DNA from: an uncultured delta proteobacterium
GTDB taxonomy: Bacteria > Desulfobacterota > Desulfuromonadia > Desulfuromonadales > BM103
Assembly (NCBI GenBank): GCA_963715335.1
Contig: CAVQRZ010000002.1
Span: forward strand, 1-64,000
DNA: 64,000 bases
Direction: 5' to 3'
In this document: positions 1 to 9,365 of the stretch, one piece after another
Numbering within the stretch: position 1 is the first letter of the stretch
Layout: each line of letters starts with the position of its first letter
Program-made: the position numbers and the translations under genes
Notes under the pieces: generated by a model
Told to the model about the DNA's origin: nothing
The model's input: the letters and a program-made list of their open reading frames with translations, nothing else
Databases searched by the model: none

Positions 1-135
1 CTGTAGAAAGGTTTTTTCAAGTTCCAAAAACAGATTGACATCGTCAACCAAAAGTATTTTCTTCTTCGACCCATCCAATGACAGCGCATGGCTTGTCAAA
101 TCTGGCAAAGATTTTTCGCTCTGATTGTTTGCCAT
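1..135 (-). CDS. N-terminus of a response-regulator receiver protein (truncated by window edge)
   Basis: Not in the ORF track. Manual translation from ATG at 135 gives MANNQSEKSLPDLTSHALSLDGSKKKILLVDDVNLFLELEKTFLQ, with the KILLVDD receiver motif; AGGA RBS upstream. Confidence 0.8.
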   Translation of the reverse strand, partial: MANNQSEKSLPDLTSHALSLDGSKKKILLVDDVNLFLELEKTFLQ

Positions 136-263
136 ATGTTTATCCTTTCCGTAATGGGGACTGCAGTTACGGGAGTTTGTTTAAGCGATGAGTATTGCTC
201 CGATTATGTTCAGTTTTTCTGAAGAAAACGTCGTAAAACAATACCTTGTCTGTAATGAGTTGA

Positions 264-793
264 TTAATTGAGCAACCTGAATTCGGCCCGGCGGTTCTTG
301 GCCCAGGCCATTTCATTGTCTCGCCGTATCAAGCGGCATTTCTTCGCCATAGGAAATGGTCTTCAGCCGTTGCGGTTCAATCCCGAGTGACACCAGGAAA
401 GCCTTGACCGACTGGGCGCGCCGCTCACCAAGCGACAGGTTGTATTCGTCTGACCCGCGATCATCGCAGTGCCCTTCTATCCTGACCTTTAACTCGGGCG
501 CCAATTGCAGATACCGCTGCATTGGCAGACAGGGTGTTCACGGGCTTGGGTCGGATAAAGTCGCCTGGTCGTAAGCAAACCGGACTTGTTCAAGGGCAAT
601 TGGGGTGTTGCGGTCTGGGTCGGTTGTTTGTCCATGACGGGTTCAGCACCGGAGCACTGGCGTGGCTGCAGGTGATGGTGCCGGGTTTGCGCCGAATCAC
701 TCGTGACATCAGTCGCTTGGGGCTTTGCACATCCGGCAACATCAAGGCGCCAAACAGGAGCAACAGGATAGTAGTTACGATGGTCTTGTTCAT
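264..793 (-). CDS. Pal/OmpA-family peptidoglycan-associated lipoprotein, split by several frameshifts
   Basis: Signal peptide [19 protein letters not shown] (590..793 frame) and lipobox AGC (489..800 frame). OmpA_C motifs [22 protein letters not shown] and ISYGEE (313..522 frame). Final [10 protein letters not shown] in another frame with stop at 264. Confidence 0.85.
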
Positions 794-884
794 TTTTCAC
801 TCTCCTTGGGTAATGGTATTAGCAGCCAATATACCAACAATCGAAACATTCGACTGGGGACATTCCCTCGAGAAAGGCTGCCGC

Positions 885-927
885 AAAAACAGGAAAAGCG
901 CTCATCCTCTACCGAAGATGAGCGCTT
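885..927 (-). terminator. Intrinsic terminator in the riboswitch expression platform
   Basis: Perfect 11-bp inverted repeat aagcgctcatc (896-906) / gatgagcgctt (917-927), followed on the minus strand by ttcctgttttt. Confidence 0.75.
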
Positions 928-965
928 CTTGAATACCTCTAGCCGGATTCCAAGAAATGTGACTC

Positions 966-1052
966 ATCTCTTCGGCAACCCGGCGATCCTGAACGATCAG
1001 GACCCGTAGCTTTGCGTCACTAGATCTCTCTAGTTTTGCCTTTATCGGAGAT
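966..1052 (-). ncRNA. GEMM-I (cyclic di-GMP-I class) riboswitch aptamer
   Basis: Minus strand reads ctccgataaaGGCAAAactagagagatctagtGACGCAAAGctacgggtcctgatcgttcaggatcgccgggTTGCCGAAgaga. This has the GGCAAA, P2 stem with GNRA loop, GACGCAAAG, P3 and GCCGA hallmarks, and lies 5' of the Pal-like gene. Confidence 0.9.
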
Positions 1053-1360
1053 TTTTAATCGTTTTTGCAACGATCAATTCATTCAGGTCAGATAATGGCA
1101 CATAGTGTACCAAAATCTATTGAATGCCGAGTTTTGTTGTGAAGCAACGCCGAATCTGAATTTTGCGGAGGCCTTGATAAAATCAACGTCAGAACGACTC
1201 GGAAAAGTTAACAGGAGTTGTCACTCGCCTACGTCATTTGACTAAGCCGGGATGGTTAGCGTCTGCGCAGAGACAGGCTGATGGGGGATTGAATACAGGT
1301 GTCTGAGATTGATGCATGGCCTTGAAATGCGGCACGCTGGTTACAGGGGCAGCTTTATCG

Positions 1361-2323
1361 CTAACGAAAGGCGTTCTGCCGATACAGACGCCAGAAGATA
1401 ACCACGACAGCAGCCGGTGGCACGCGCCTCAAAGCCGGGCCGACTTCAATGCGCACACCCTGAGTGGCGCTCGATTTTCCAAAGGATGTAGTCAATCCCA
1501 CCTTTGAAGGTACAAAGACCTTTCAAAAGCCTTAAGACCGAGAGGATCTTGCCCTGTATTATCCTGAGCCCCCAGCGCAAGCCATTGAGCCGCCGGGCAT
1601 GATTTGCTAACTCAACCCGGTAAACAGGGACCTCGACAGCGTTCGTCACCGTTACGGTGGAAGGAATGCCGCTTCAAGAATTAAGCCGGTCAGTGCCTGG
1701 TAATATGCCGGGTCGGCGTCAAAAAGACGGCCGGCGGCCTGCTCCGGCTCTTCGGTGCGCAACTCCGAACGATAGCTGAGCGATAAGCCTTTCGACCAGA
1801 GGTCGCGCGCAGTAAAAGCACCTTCCATGCATGGCAAGGCCTGAGCGATAAATCTCACTGCGGCATCGGCCAAAGCGTCCCCGACCTCGCGGTTGACAGT
1901 TTCATCACAAACGTAAACAGTGCCTGATTTCTGGGCAAACCTGCCCCACAGGTAAGAATGAAACCAGCATTTAGTCCCTTGGCGAAAGTCTGTAAGCGTT
2001 AAGACCGCATACTTGGCACGCAGCACTTTCCCTTCAAACGGTACTTCCAGGTAGAACACATTGGGTGGCAGGAGTTTGTTGAAAAAAGCAAGGGCACGGC
2101 TTTTAAACGCCGACCTGTAATCGTCCACCAGCAGATAAAGATCAGCGAGGCCGTCATGCAGGTTGCCCGATCGCAGGCAGGAGCCATAGAACAGGACCGC
2201 CTTGACCGAGTCGCCATGCAGCTCTCGAACGGCACCAGACAAAGCCAATATCTCGGGTGAGAGGCCCTGTATGGAAGGGTCCCTGATCAATTCAACAATT
2301 TTATCATGATTAGATAACTTCAT
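1361..2323 (-). CDS. Nucleotidyltransferase-fold (Tam41-like) protein of sphingolipid head-group clusters; two frameshifts
   Basis: FYGSCLR...DLYLLVD nucleotidyltransferase motif, LPPNVFY and YLWGRFAQ. Continues in the 1446..1649 frame (GGIDYILWKIERHSG) and a third frame ending FWRLYRQNAFR* at 1361. Confidence 0.7.
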
Positions 2324-2357
2324 GTAATTATTGTAAAATATACCTGTAAGTTAACAA

Positions 2358-3359
2358 TTAACATGAACAAACAAAGAGGGCGGGCCCGGCAGACGAAAGT
2401 TTGAGTGGCCCCTCCCCTGCGGCGTACAATTCGCCGTCGAGTGTAAACTCGCCGCCCATTTCCAGTTGGACTTCTTCTACATTATGGCTGAAATATCCGT
2501 TGGCAGGTATTGCATGACAGCTTCTGCCTGAACCGAACAGCGAAAACAAGACCCGCAAAAGCTTTTTTGGCTTTGTGCCCACGGCCGTGTAACGCAAAGG
2601 GCCTTCTTCGCTGCCCCAGTACGGGCGAATCCCGAGGAACAGCCTGTCGAGGGTGCTGGTCAGGACAAAAAGGTCTGCCCTCTTCTCGATTTGACGGCCA
2701 TTGATGCTGGTGTTGTTCAAAAAAGGTGAGAGCCTGTTGAAGAGTATCGCCAGGAGCAGACGCACCATGGTCAAGGTCGGCATCAGTTGGCCGCGCCAAC
2801 CCATGGGGTTGTCCTTGCTGTGAAAGGCCTTGATCCCTTCACAAATTGCCCCGGCGCCGAAAAACATGCCGTACAGAGCATCGGGGCCTCTTTGCACCCG
2901 TAATATTGAGCGTGAACGGATGGTCAGACCGTTGTTCGTCGATCGCGACCACTCGAGGATTCGCTGCAGGGCGGCCGCCGGGTTGCCAGCAACACCGACA
3001 TCCCTGGGCAGCATACTTGTGGTCCCGGCGCACAACAGTGCCATTAACGGCGGTTGGGAAAAGAATTTATTGTTGCCGAGGGTTGTCAGTACGGCCTGGA
3101 CTGTTCCGTCGCCACCGTTGACAACGATCAGCTCAACCTTGTTAAGGGAAAAATCGGCGAGGGCTGCCGACACGCCCGCCGGATCGGAGGCTTCGCGATG
3201 CATGACGTCCGGCCAGCGCTCCAGGAGCCTGTGCACCCCCCTGCCCCCATTCCTGTTGCCGCCGCTGCGGGGGTTGGTTAACACCCCCACCCTCAAACAG
3301 CACCCGTCACTGTTATATTTGCGGGTTTGTTCAGGGCTTTGCTTGAAAGAGCGACTCAT
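2358..3359 (-). CDS. Diacylglycerol/sphingosine kinase-family protein; probable ceramide kinase (CpgB-like)
   Basis: NPRSG, GGDGT, AGTT and DGE motifs of the DAGK_cat family; substrate inferred from cluster context. Confidence 0.8.
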   Translation of the reverse strand: MSRSFKQSPEQTRKYNSDGCCLRVGVLTNPRSGGNRNGGRGVHRLLERWPDVMHREASDPAGVSAALADFSLNKVELIVVNGGDGTVQAVLTTLGNNKFFSQPPLMALLCAGTTSMLPRDVGVAGNPAAALQRILEWSRSTNNGLTIRSRSILRVQRGPDALYGMFFGAGAICEGIKAFHSKDNPMGWRGQLMPTLTMVRLLLAILFNRLSPFLNNTSINGRQIEKRADLFVLTSTLDRLFLGIRPYWGSEEGPLRYTAVGTKPKKLLRVLFSLFGSGRSCHAIPANGYFSHNVEEVQLEMGGEFTLDGELYAAGEGPLKLSSAGPALFVCSC

Positions 3360-3365
3360 AGGAAC

Positions 3366-4559
3366 TCAAGCCTGTGGCCGACGGCAAAACCATCTTTGCA
3401 TAAAGGTAAGGGTTTCGTCCGCAGGGTCGACATCAAGGAACCAGGAACGCAACGGCCCGGATGTTATCCTGGCCTGAATCCCCATGGCCAGACGTGCCAC
3501 CAAAAATACACTCGACAGGGCTGTCCACAGGCACACGGCCAGAAGTCCGAGGTCCGGGCGGCCGAAGAAGAGGCTGACGGTCAGCAGCACCAGGTTCGGG
3601 TTGCGGCGTCCGGTGATCAGTCGAAAACAGGAATCGATCGGCTGCCAACAGAAAATCCCCGATGATTCAAGGAACTGCTTGAAGACAACTTCGACCAGCC
3701 TGCCCGCGATGTAGCCGGCCATCACCATCCAGATGGCGACTTCTGTCGACATCCCGGGGATACTTTGCAGGCTCATGGCCCACACGACGTACCAGATCGG
3801 CGGGAAAACCAGGTCGATGGCGTGATCGTACAAGTTGCCGAAAGCGCTGTAGTTGAGGGTAACCCTCGCCAACTTGCCGTCTACCGTGTCGAGGAAAGTC
3901 ATGAACCAGGCCATTGCCATGCCGGTCGCGTAAAAGCCCTGGTAAAACATGAAAACCGCCAGGGCCGACAGGATCAGGCTGAGACTGGTGACCTGGTTGG
4001 GTACGATGCCGTACCGGATACAGATCCCTGTAGCCCAGCGGGCCGGGGTCGGCCAAAGCCACTTGGTTACCAGGTCGGTAACCCCCTTGTAGGAACCGTC
4101 GAAAAGGCGTTTTTCCAGGCTCCGTCGATTACGCTCAGAGATCGGCAGGAGGTATGGCACGTCAAACTTGCGCAATTCCATCAAGTAGGCATTGACCAGC
4201 GTCTCCGGAGTCTCCTGGCTCAGCCCTTCCGGATAGTCGCGGCGATCATCGTCAGAAAGGATAGCCTCCATGCGGCCGGCAAGGGCCGCCGGGACATGGG
4301 CGGCAACCGGCCTGGGGCCTTGCGGTGCGTCAATTTCCAGAACGGTCCCGACAGAGTCGACCATGTTCTTGACAATGCGCTGGTCGTAAAGAAAATCGCC
4401 GCGCAGCAGCAACACGGAGTCTTCGCCGTCAACCGGAGCGGTGTCCCGCTGCCCACAGGGAACCCCTGCCTTGGTGAGCATGTGCTCAAGGCGTTCGCGA
4501 GAGGTCAGACCCCATAATTTGAGGGGGCTTTCCTGTAAAATTCTTACGTAAACTGACAT
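3366..4559 (-). CDS. CDP-alcohol phosphotransferase with N-terminal soluble domain
   Basis: PNQVT and DTVDGKLARVTLNYSAFGNLYDHAID match DGxxAR-x8-GxxxDxxxD; multiple TM helices. Confidence 0.9.
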   Translation of the reverse strand: MSVYVRILQESPLKLWGLTSRERLEHMLTKAGVPCGQRDTAPVDGEDSVLLLRGDFLYDQRIVKNMVDSVGTVLEIDAPQGPRPVAAHVPAALAGRMEAILSDDDRRDYPEGLSQETPETLVNAYLMELRKFDVPYLLPISERNRRSLEKRLFDGSYKGVTDLVTKWLWPTPARWATGICIRYGIVPNQVTSLSLILSALAVFMFYQGFYATGMAMAWFMTFLDTVDGKLARVTLNYSAFGNLYDHAIDLVFPPIWYVVWAMSLQSIPGMSTEVAIWMVMAGYIAGRLVEVVFKQFLESSGIFCWQPIDSCFRLITGRRNPNLVLLTVSLFFGRPDLGLLAVCLWTALSSVFLVARLAMGIQARITSGPLRSWFLDVDPADETLTFMQRWFCRRPQA

Positions 4560-4683
4560 AAATTATGGCCCTAAAAATAGATTTCCCGTGAGGTTCGTAC
4601 CGTCCAGGCGTCAACTGGCCAGCGGGTCCCGTCTGGAAGAAAGATCGGTAGAAAAAACGAAGTCAGTACTATATACTCCCTGC

Positions 4684-5709
4684 ATGCCGGAAGTAAAGAA
4701 AGAGACATCACCCGCCAACCCGCAAGGCGCCGCACAATCTCTGCCCTTGCCGACAACGGACAGTTTCACCCTGGCCCACATCTCCGATCTCCACCTGACA
4801 TCCCTCAAGAACACGGCAATCAGCCAACTACTCAACAAGCGTTTGTTGGGTTACCTGTCATGGTGGCGAAAACGCCGCATCGTCCATCGACTCGAGGTTG
4901 TCGAAGCTCTGCTTGAAGACCTGAAAATAACCCGTCCCGATCATATCGCCGTGACCGGCGACTTGACACATCTCGGCCTGCCCGATGAGTTTGTCGAAGC
5001 CGGTCGCTGGTTGACAAAACTGGGCCCACCTGACCAGGTCACCGTCATACCGGGCAACCACGAAGCCTACGTTGGTCAAAATTGGGCTGACAACCTCTCG
5101 AAGTGGGCGCCTTATCTAAAGTCTGACGACCAGCAGAACGATCCCCGGACGACTGATTTTTTCCCCAGCCTGCGGATTCGTGGCCCGATCGCCCTGCTCG
5201 GTCTTTGCTCAGCTCGACCCACCGCCCCTTTTCTCGCTGTCGGCAGTCTGGACAAGGCGCAACTGGATAAACTGGCAAACCTTCTGCAGGCAACTGGCCA
5301 GGCAGGCCTGTTGCGGGTCGTCCTGATCCATCACCCGCCGGTCCCCGGAACCATAAAATGGCGTAAGCGGCTAGTCGATTGCAGCACATTTGCAAACGTC
5401 ATTGCCCGTTACGGGGCAGAGCTGGTGTTGCATGGACACACTCACGCCCAGGCATTTTCGACGTTGCAGGCTCCTGCGGGCAATCTGCCCGTGATCGGAG
5501 CGCCTTCGGCTTCAGAGCTGAATCCGCACGCTGAACGTTGCGCCAAGTACAACCTGTATGAGGTCAGAAGAAATGCTGACAGCTGGGATCTGAAGCTGCT
5601 TGTCCGCAGCTATTCGGAAGGGTCAGGAAAGTTTGACCAGGAGCAGGAGATAAACCTGATGCTTCCGCCGTTCTGCGCAGACGCCAGGCTGCCCTCTATG
5701 GGACCCTGA
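4684..5709 (+). CDS. Calcineurin-like metallophosphoesterase (CpdA/Icc-like)
   Basis: SDLH, TGDL, PGNHE, IHHPP and HGHTH motifs; start placed at ATG 4684. Confidence 0.88.
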   Translation: MPEVKKETSPANPQGAAQSLPLPTTDSFTLAHISDLHLTSLKNTAISQLLNKRLLGYLSWWRKRRIVHRLEVVEALLEDLKITRPDHIAVTGDLTHLGLPDEFVEAGRWLTKLGPPDQVTVIPGNHEAYVGQNWADNLSKWAPYLKSDDQQNDPRTTDFFPSLRIRGPIALLGLCSARPTAPFLAVGSLDKAQLDKLANLLQATGQAGLLRVVLIHHPPVPGTIKWRKRLVDCSTFANVIARYGAELVLHGHTHAQAFSTLQAPAGNLPVIGAPSASELNPHAERCAKYNLYEVRRNADSWDLKLLVRSYSEGSGKFDQEQEINLMLPPFCADARLPSMGP

Positions 5710-6766
5710 ACAACAGCCAGGTGGCGATCAGAATGATGATCGCGAGCGGCAAAAGCGTCGTCAAGGCCGGGTGGATGCCCAGGATGAGCCCCGTATAGCC
5801 AAGGGCTTGGTCAAAATAGTAGTAAGAAATTCCGACGATTGCGCCGAGCGTCACCCTTCGCCCGTGGTTGACCTCCCGCGCCACACCGAACACAAAGGGT
5901 AGCGAGAAAAACATCATCGCTCCCACCTTGAGCGGCAGAGTCGTTTTCTGCCAGAGCGCCAGCACAAACTGATCGGTGTTCTGACCCCTTTCCCGTAAAA
6001 CCTGAATATACTGGTACAGTTTGTCCAACGGGAGCATCTCCGGCGTGATGCGGAGGATATCGATCTGCCTGGTGCTGAGGAAAACGTCGAGGGTCAGGTA
6101 AGGATCGAGTTGATCCGTGATGTGTTTGTCCTCAAATTTGATCCGCCTGGCGTCACGACCGATCCATTGACCGTCTTTGCCGATTATCGTTTCGGCTGCG
6201 CCCACATAACTGGTTGGCTTGCCCTGGTCGTCAAAACCGTAGACGCTGACATCGGCCAGGCCGACGCCGGAGGTTGAAGAGCGCACATTGATGAACCTGT
6301 TCCGGCTGTCCCGTGTCCAGAACCCCCCTGTAGAAAGCAGAGAGCCTTCCCCTGAAAGGGCCAGTTCACGGTTGACCTTGGCTTTCTGTTCAAGTGGCGG
6401 CACTACGTACTGGGTCAACACCAGCGCACCCAGCATAATCACGCTGCCGGCTCCCAGCAGCACTCGGGCGATACGAAACACTGAAAAGCCGCAAGATCGC
6501 ATTGCCAGCAGCTCATCGGTGTTGGCCAGGGTGCCGAGACCGATAATCCCCCCCACCAGCGAACTGACCGCCGCCAGTTCAAGGACACGCCCGGGAAAGG
6601 TGTAGGCGACGTACATGAAGGCGTCTTTTAGCTGGTAGCTGCCCTCACCAATATCATCGAGTTGGCCGACCAACTCGAGAAACGAGAACAAGGCCGTCAT
6701 GATGAGGAAAACCAGCAGCCAGCCAAAGGCCAGCCTGGCATTGATATAGCGAGCAATCATTCTCAT
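5696..6766 (-). CDS. lptG: LptG-like permease
   Basis: IARYI start, ELLAMRSCGFS motif, 3 TM + periplasmic domain + 3 TM layout; follows lptF. Start moved to ATG 6766. Confidence 0.85.
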   Translation of the reverse strand: MRMIARYINARLAFGWLLVFLIMTALFSFLELVGQLDDIGEGSYQLKDAFMYVAYTFPGRVLELAAVSSLVGGIIGLGTLANTDELLAMRSCGFSVFRIARVLLGAGSVIMLGALVLTQYVVPPLEQKAKVNRELALSGEGSLLSTGGFWTRDSRNRFINVRSSTSGVGLADVSVYGFDDQGKPTSYVGAAETIIGKDGQWIGRDARRIKFEDKHITDQLDPYLTLDVFLSTRQIDILRITPEMLPLDKLYQYIQVLRERGQNTDQFVLALWQKTTLPLKVGAMMFFSLPFVFGVAREVNHGRRVTLGAIVGISYYYFDQALGYTGLILGIHPALTTLLPLAIIILIATWLLFRVP

Positions 6767-6804
6767 GGATACAGAGAACCGTCCTCTTTTTGGCTGCGCC
6801 CTGA

Positions 6805-7878
6805 TCAGTAGTGCGACTGGAAGCCGGGCCAAAAGGGCTTGAGCAACGCAATCAGCAAAACAGCAAGCAGAATATGAGGCCACCACATCCCGGGGAACGA
6901 ACCGACCACACCTTGCTCCATCCAGGTTTTGGCTACGGCGGTCAGATTATAGTAAATGGCAAAAATGACCACGCCCATGAAGATATTCGCAGATTTACCC
7001 CGCCGTGGGGCCGTGCGGCTCAAGGGAATCCCGAGCAATCCCAGCAGAATTGTGGAGAATCCCGTGGAAACCCGCCACTGGAACTCCGCCCTGTCCCCTG
7101 CCTCGGACGAAGCGATGAGGCTCATAGTCGGTGCAGCCTTGCGTCGATAGCCGATTGATTCAATCTCTTTGGGCGTTAAAATCAGTCGGAAGTTCTGAAA
7201 CCGGAACAGGCTTGTTTTGCCGACGACAGGTGAGAGTTCGTATTGATAGCCATCATGGAGAACCACGCTCTTTTCCCCCGTTACCGGGTTTATCTCTTGC
7301 CAGGCTTCTCTGGCATGGATTATCTTGCGCGACGAGTCGCTGCGCTGTTCAATAAAAACACCATCCGCGCGCTCCTGGTTTTCATGAATGTTTTCCAGGA
7401 AGACAACATGATTGTTCCCGCCAATTTCATGGAAACGCCCCGGCTTGAGCCGGGAAAAATCGAAATTTGCCTCAGCGTCAGCTTTCAACCAGTAGCTTTT
7501 TTCGTAGGCCCAGGGGCGCGCGTAAAGGGACAACCCTGCAACCAGCAGGGCGACGACCAAGGAGATCTGAAAAACCGAACTCATGAGGGTGCGCTCGGAA
7601 AGTCCGCTGGCCCGCATGGCAATGACTTCCGATTCGGCATGCAGTCGACCCAAAACCGTAATCACCGAGAGGAAAAGTGTGACGGGGACCAAAACTTCCA
7701 AAGCGATTAGAATTTTGAGCAGAACCAGGGCGAGGACAGTATTCCCCGTCATCAGACCGTCGGCGGCATCAGGCAGGTAGCGGGTGGCAGAATAGCCGGC
7801 AAAAATGACGACCAGGATGGTGCAGATGGTCACCAGCGGGTTGAGGATCGCACGGTTCAGGTAGCGGTTGATGAGCAA
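6805..7878 (-). CDS. lptF: LptF-like permease
   Basis: LINRYL, GRLHAESEVIAMRASG, PGRF, AEFQWR and PRRGK motifs. Confidence 0.88.
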   Translation of the reverse strand: MLINRYLNRAILNPLVTICTILVVIFAGYSATRYLPDAADGLMTGNTVLALVLLKILIALEVLVPVTLFLSVITVLGRLHAESEVIAMRASGLSERTLMSSVFQISLVVALLVAGLSLYARPWAYEKSYWLKADAEANFDFSRLKPGRFHEIGGNNHVVFLENIHENQERADGVFIEQRSDSSRKIIHAREAWQEINPVTGEKSVVLHDGYQYELSPVVGKTSLFRFQNFRLILTPKEIESIGYRRKAAPTMSLIASSEAGDRAEFQWRVSTGFSTILLGLLGIPLSRTAPRRGKSANIFMGVVIFAIYYNLTAVAKTWMEQGVVGSFPGMWWPHILLAVLLIALLKPFWPGFQSHY

Positions 7879-7947
7879 ATCAAATCCTGTACATTGCAGA
7901 GACCGCCTTGCAGAGGCTACAACGGCAACGGCAAGCCAATGGACATT

Positions 7948-8391
7948 TCACCCTACCGAGGCTTCCGCATCATAGATAGCCTGAAGCGTCGACTGTAGAG
8001 CCGTTGAAGAAACGTTATTCGTGTATTCAAAATAAACCACATCCACGCCATATTCAGCCAGTTCGGCCTCTACCTCGTTGAACAAGTCCGACCCCTTCCA
8101 GTCACTGCCGACGAACATAACATCGAATTTGATTTCATGGTACGCCGCGACCTTGTCTCTATGAGTTTGAGGAACGACGACGTCGACGCATTTCAATGCA
8201 GCGACAATTTCGCTCCTTTCTTCGAAAGGGATGACCGGCTTTTTATTTTTATATGACTGCACCAGCTCATCAGTACTCACACCGACGATAAGCCGGTCAC
8301 ATCTGCTTTTAGCCCTCTGTAATAGCCTCAGGTGTCCGATATGAAACAAATCAAAAACACCTGTTGTGTAGCCCACTGTTTCTTTCTTCAT
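7948..8391 (-). CDS. Glycerol-3-phosphate cytidylyltransferase family (TagD-like)
   Basis: GVFDLFHIGH, VGVSTDE, VGSDW and VSST motifs. Confidence 0.88.
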   Translation of the reverse strand: MKKETVGYTTGVFDLFHIGHLRLLQRAKSRCDRLIVGVSTDELVQSYKNKKPVIPFEERSEIVAALKCVDVVVPQTHRDKVAAYHEIKFDVMFVGSDWKGSDLFNEVEAELAEYGVDVVYFEYTNNVSSTALQSTLQAIYDAEASVG

Positions 8392-8529
8392 TTAGTCATG
8401 GCCTCTTAAACTTTTTGGGGATTTGTTCTTAGAAAAAAATCTACGACTGCAAACTTTTATCACAGCAGAAGAATATAAAAAAGCGGTTTGCTTGTAATCG
8501 ATTGAACCATCTTTAACCTTGTCCAGCCA

Positions 8530-9360
8530 TCAAGTTCCAGCGACAGCCTTTTCAAGGCCCCGCTTCTGTCTTTCTGCCAGGATCGACTCGACCAGGAGCA
8601 AATCCTCGACCTTGTCCACATCGATCGCCGCTTCGGCAAAAGGCATCCGGACAACTCCGGCCCGCAAGCCCATTCTTTGCGACAGCCTGCCCAGAGCTTG
8701 ATTCATGGTCAGTTGGCCCAGGAGATATCTGAAGACTGTCATCCAACCCATGATTTTGATAATCCGCAAGGGTTTTTTGCGCTCATTCTCCACCTTGCGC
8801 CAGAAGTCCGCGGCCTTGCGGGACTCTGGCGTCAGGAACGCAAAGAGGTTGCAGCCGCAGTAGCCGCCGTCCTTGAGCTTGGTCACAGTCCGCCGGGTTC
8901 CGGGAACAGCCTCTGCGATTAAATCGTGACGGGCGACGCCGGCCAGGACGTCGCAGCCGCTGTTGCGCGCCTCGTTACAGAAGTGATCGACCATCTCGGC
9001 AGTCAACAGGGCATGATCAGCCGTGGTGACCAGGACCGGCACGTCATCGGGCAGCGACTGCAAAACGGCAAAAGCGCTCGAACTCGGCGTCTCCCGGGGG
9101 GCAATCCACTTGACCTGGCCTGACCTGATCAGGGCTGAGAGTTCAGCACTTTGTTCAACAGATTTGGTTGAAGGGCCGACCAGGAACCGGGTCGCCACCT
9201 GGTCGGATGCAGCCAGGGTGTCGAGAACACGCAAAACCATTTCACGACCACAGACCGGGGCCAGTGCCTTGCAGCTTACTGCAGCTGAGAGCGCTACCGG
9301 ATCTGCCAGTTCACGGTCTGCGGCCAGGATGACCGCGGAAAAAGGCTGTTTCGATTTCAT
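8530..9360 (-). CDS. MobA-like NTP transferase (GT-A fold); probable CpgD-like cytidylyltransferase
   Basis: AVILAA...KAL nucleotide-binding motif, VTTADHALL, GCNLFAF and AIDVDK; adjacent to the ceramide synthase. Confidence 0.75.
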   Translation of the reverse strand: MKSKQPFSAVILAADRELADPVALSAAVSCKALAPVCGREMVLRVLDTLAASDQVATRFLVGPSTKSVEQSAELSALIRSGQVKWIAPRETPSSSAFAVLQSLPDDVPVLVTTADHALLTAEMVDHFCNEARNSGCDVLAGVARHDLIAEAVPGTRRTVTKLKDGGYCGCNLFAFLTPESRKAADFWRKVENERKKPLRIIKIMGWMTVFRYLLGQLTMNQALGRLSQRMGLRAGVVRMPFAEAAIDVDKVEDLLLVESILAERQKRGLEKAVAGT

Positions 9361-9365
9361 CCTGA

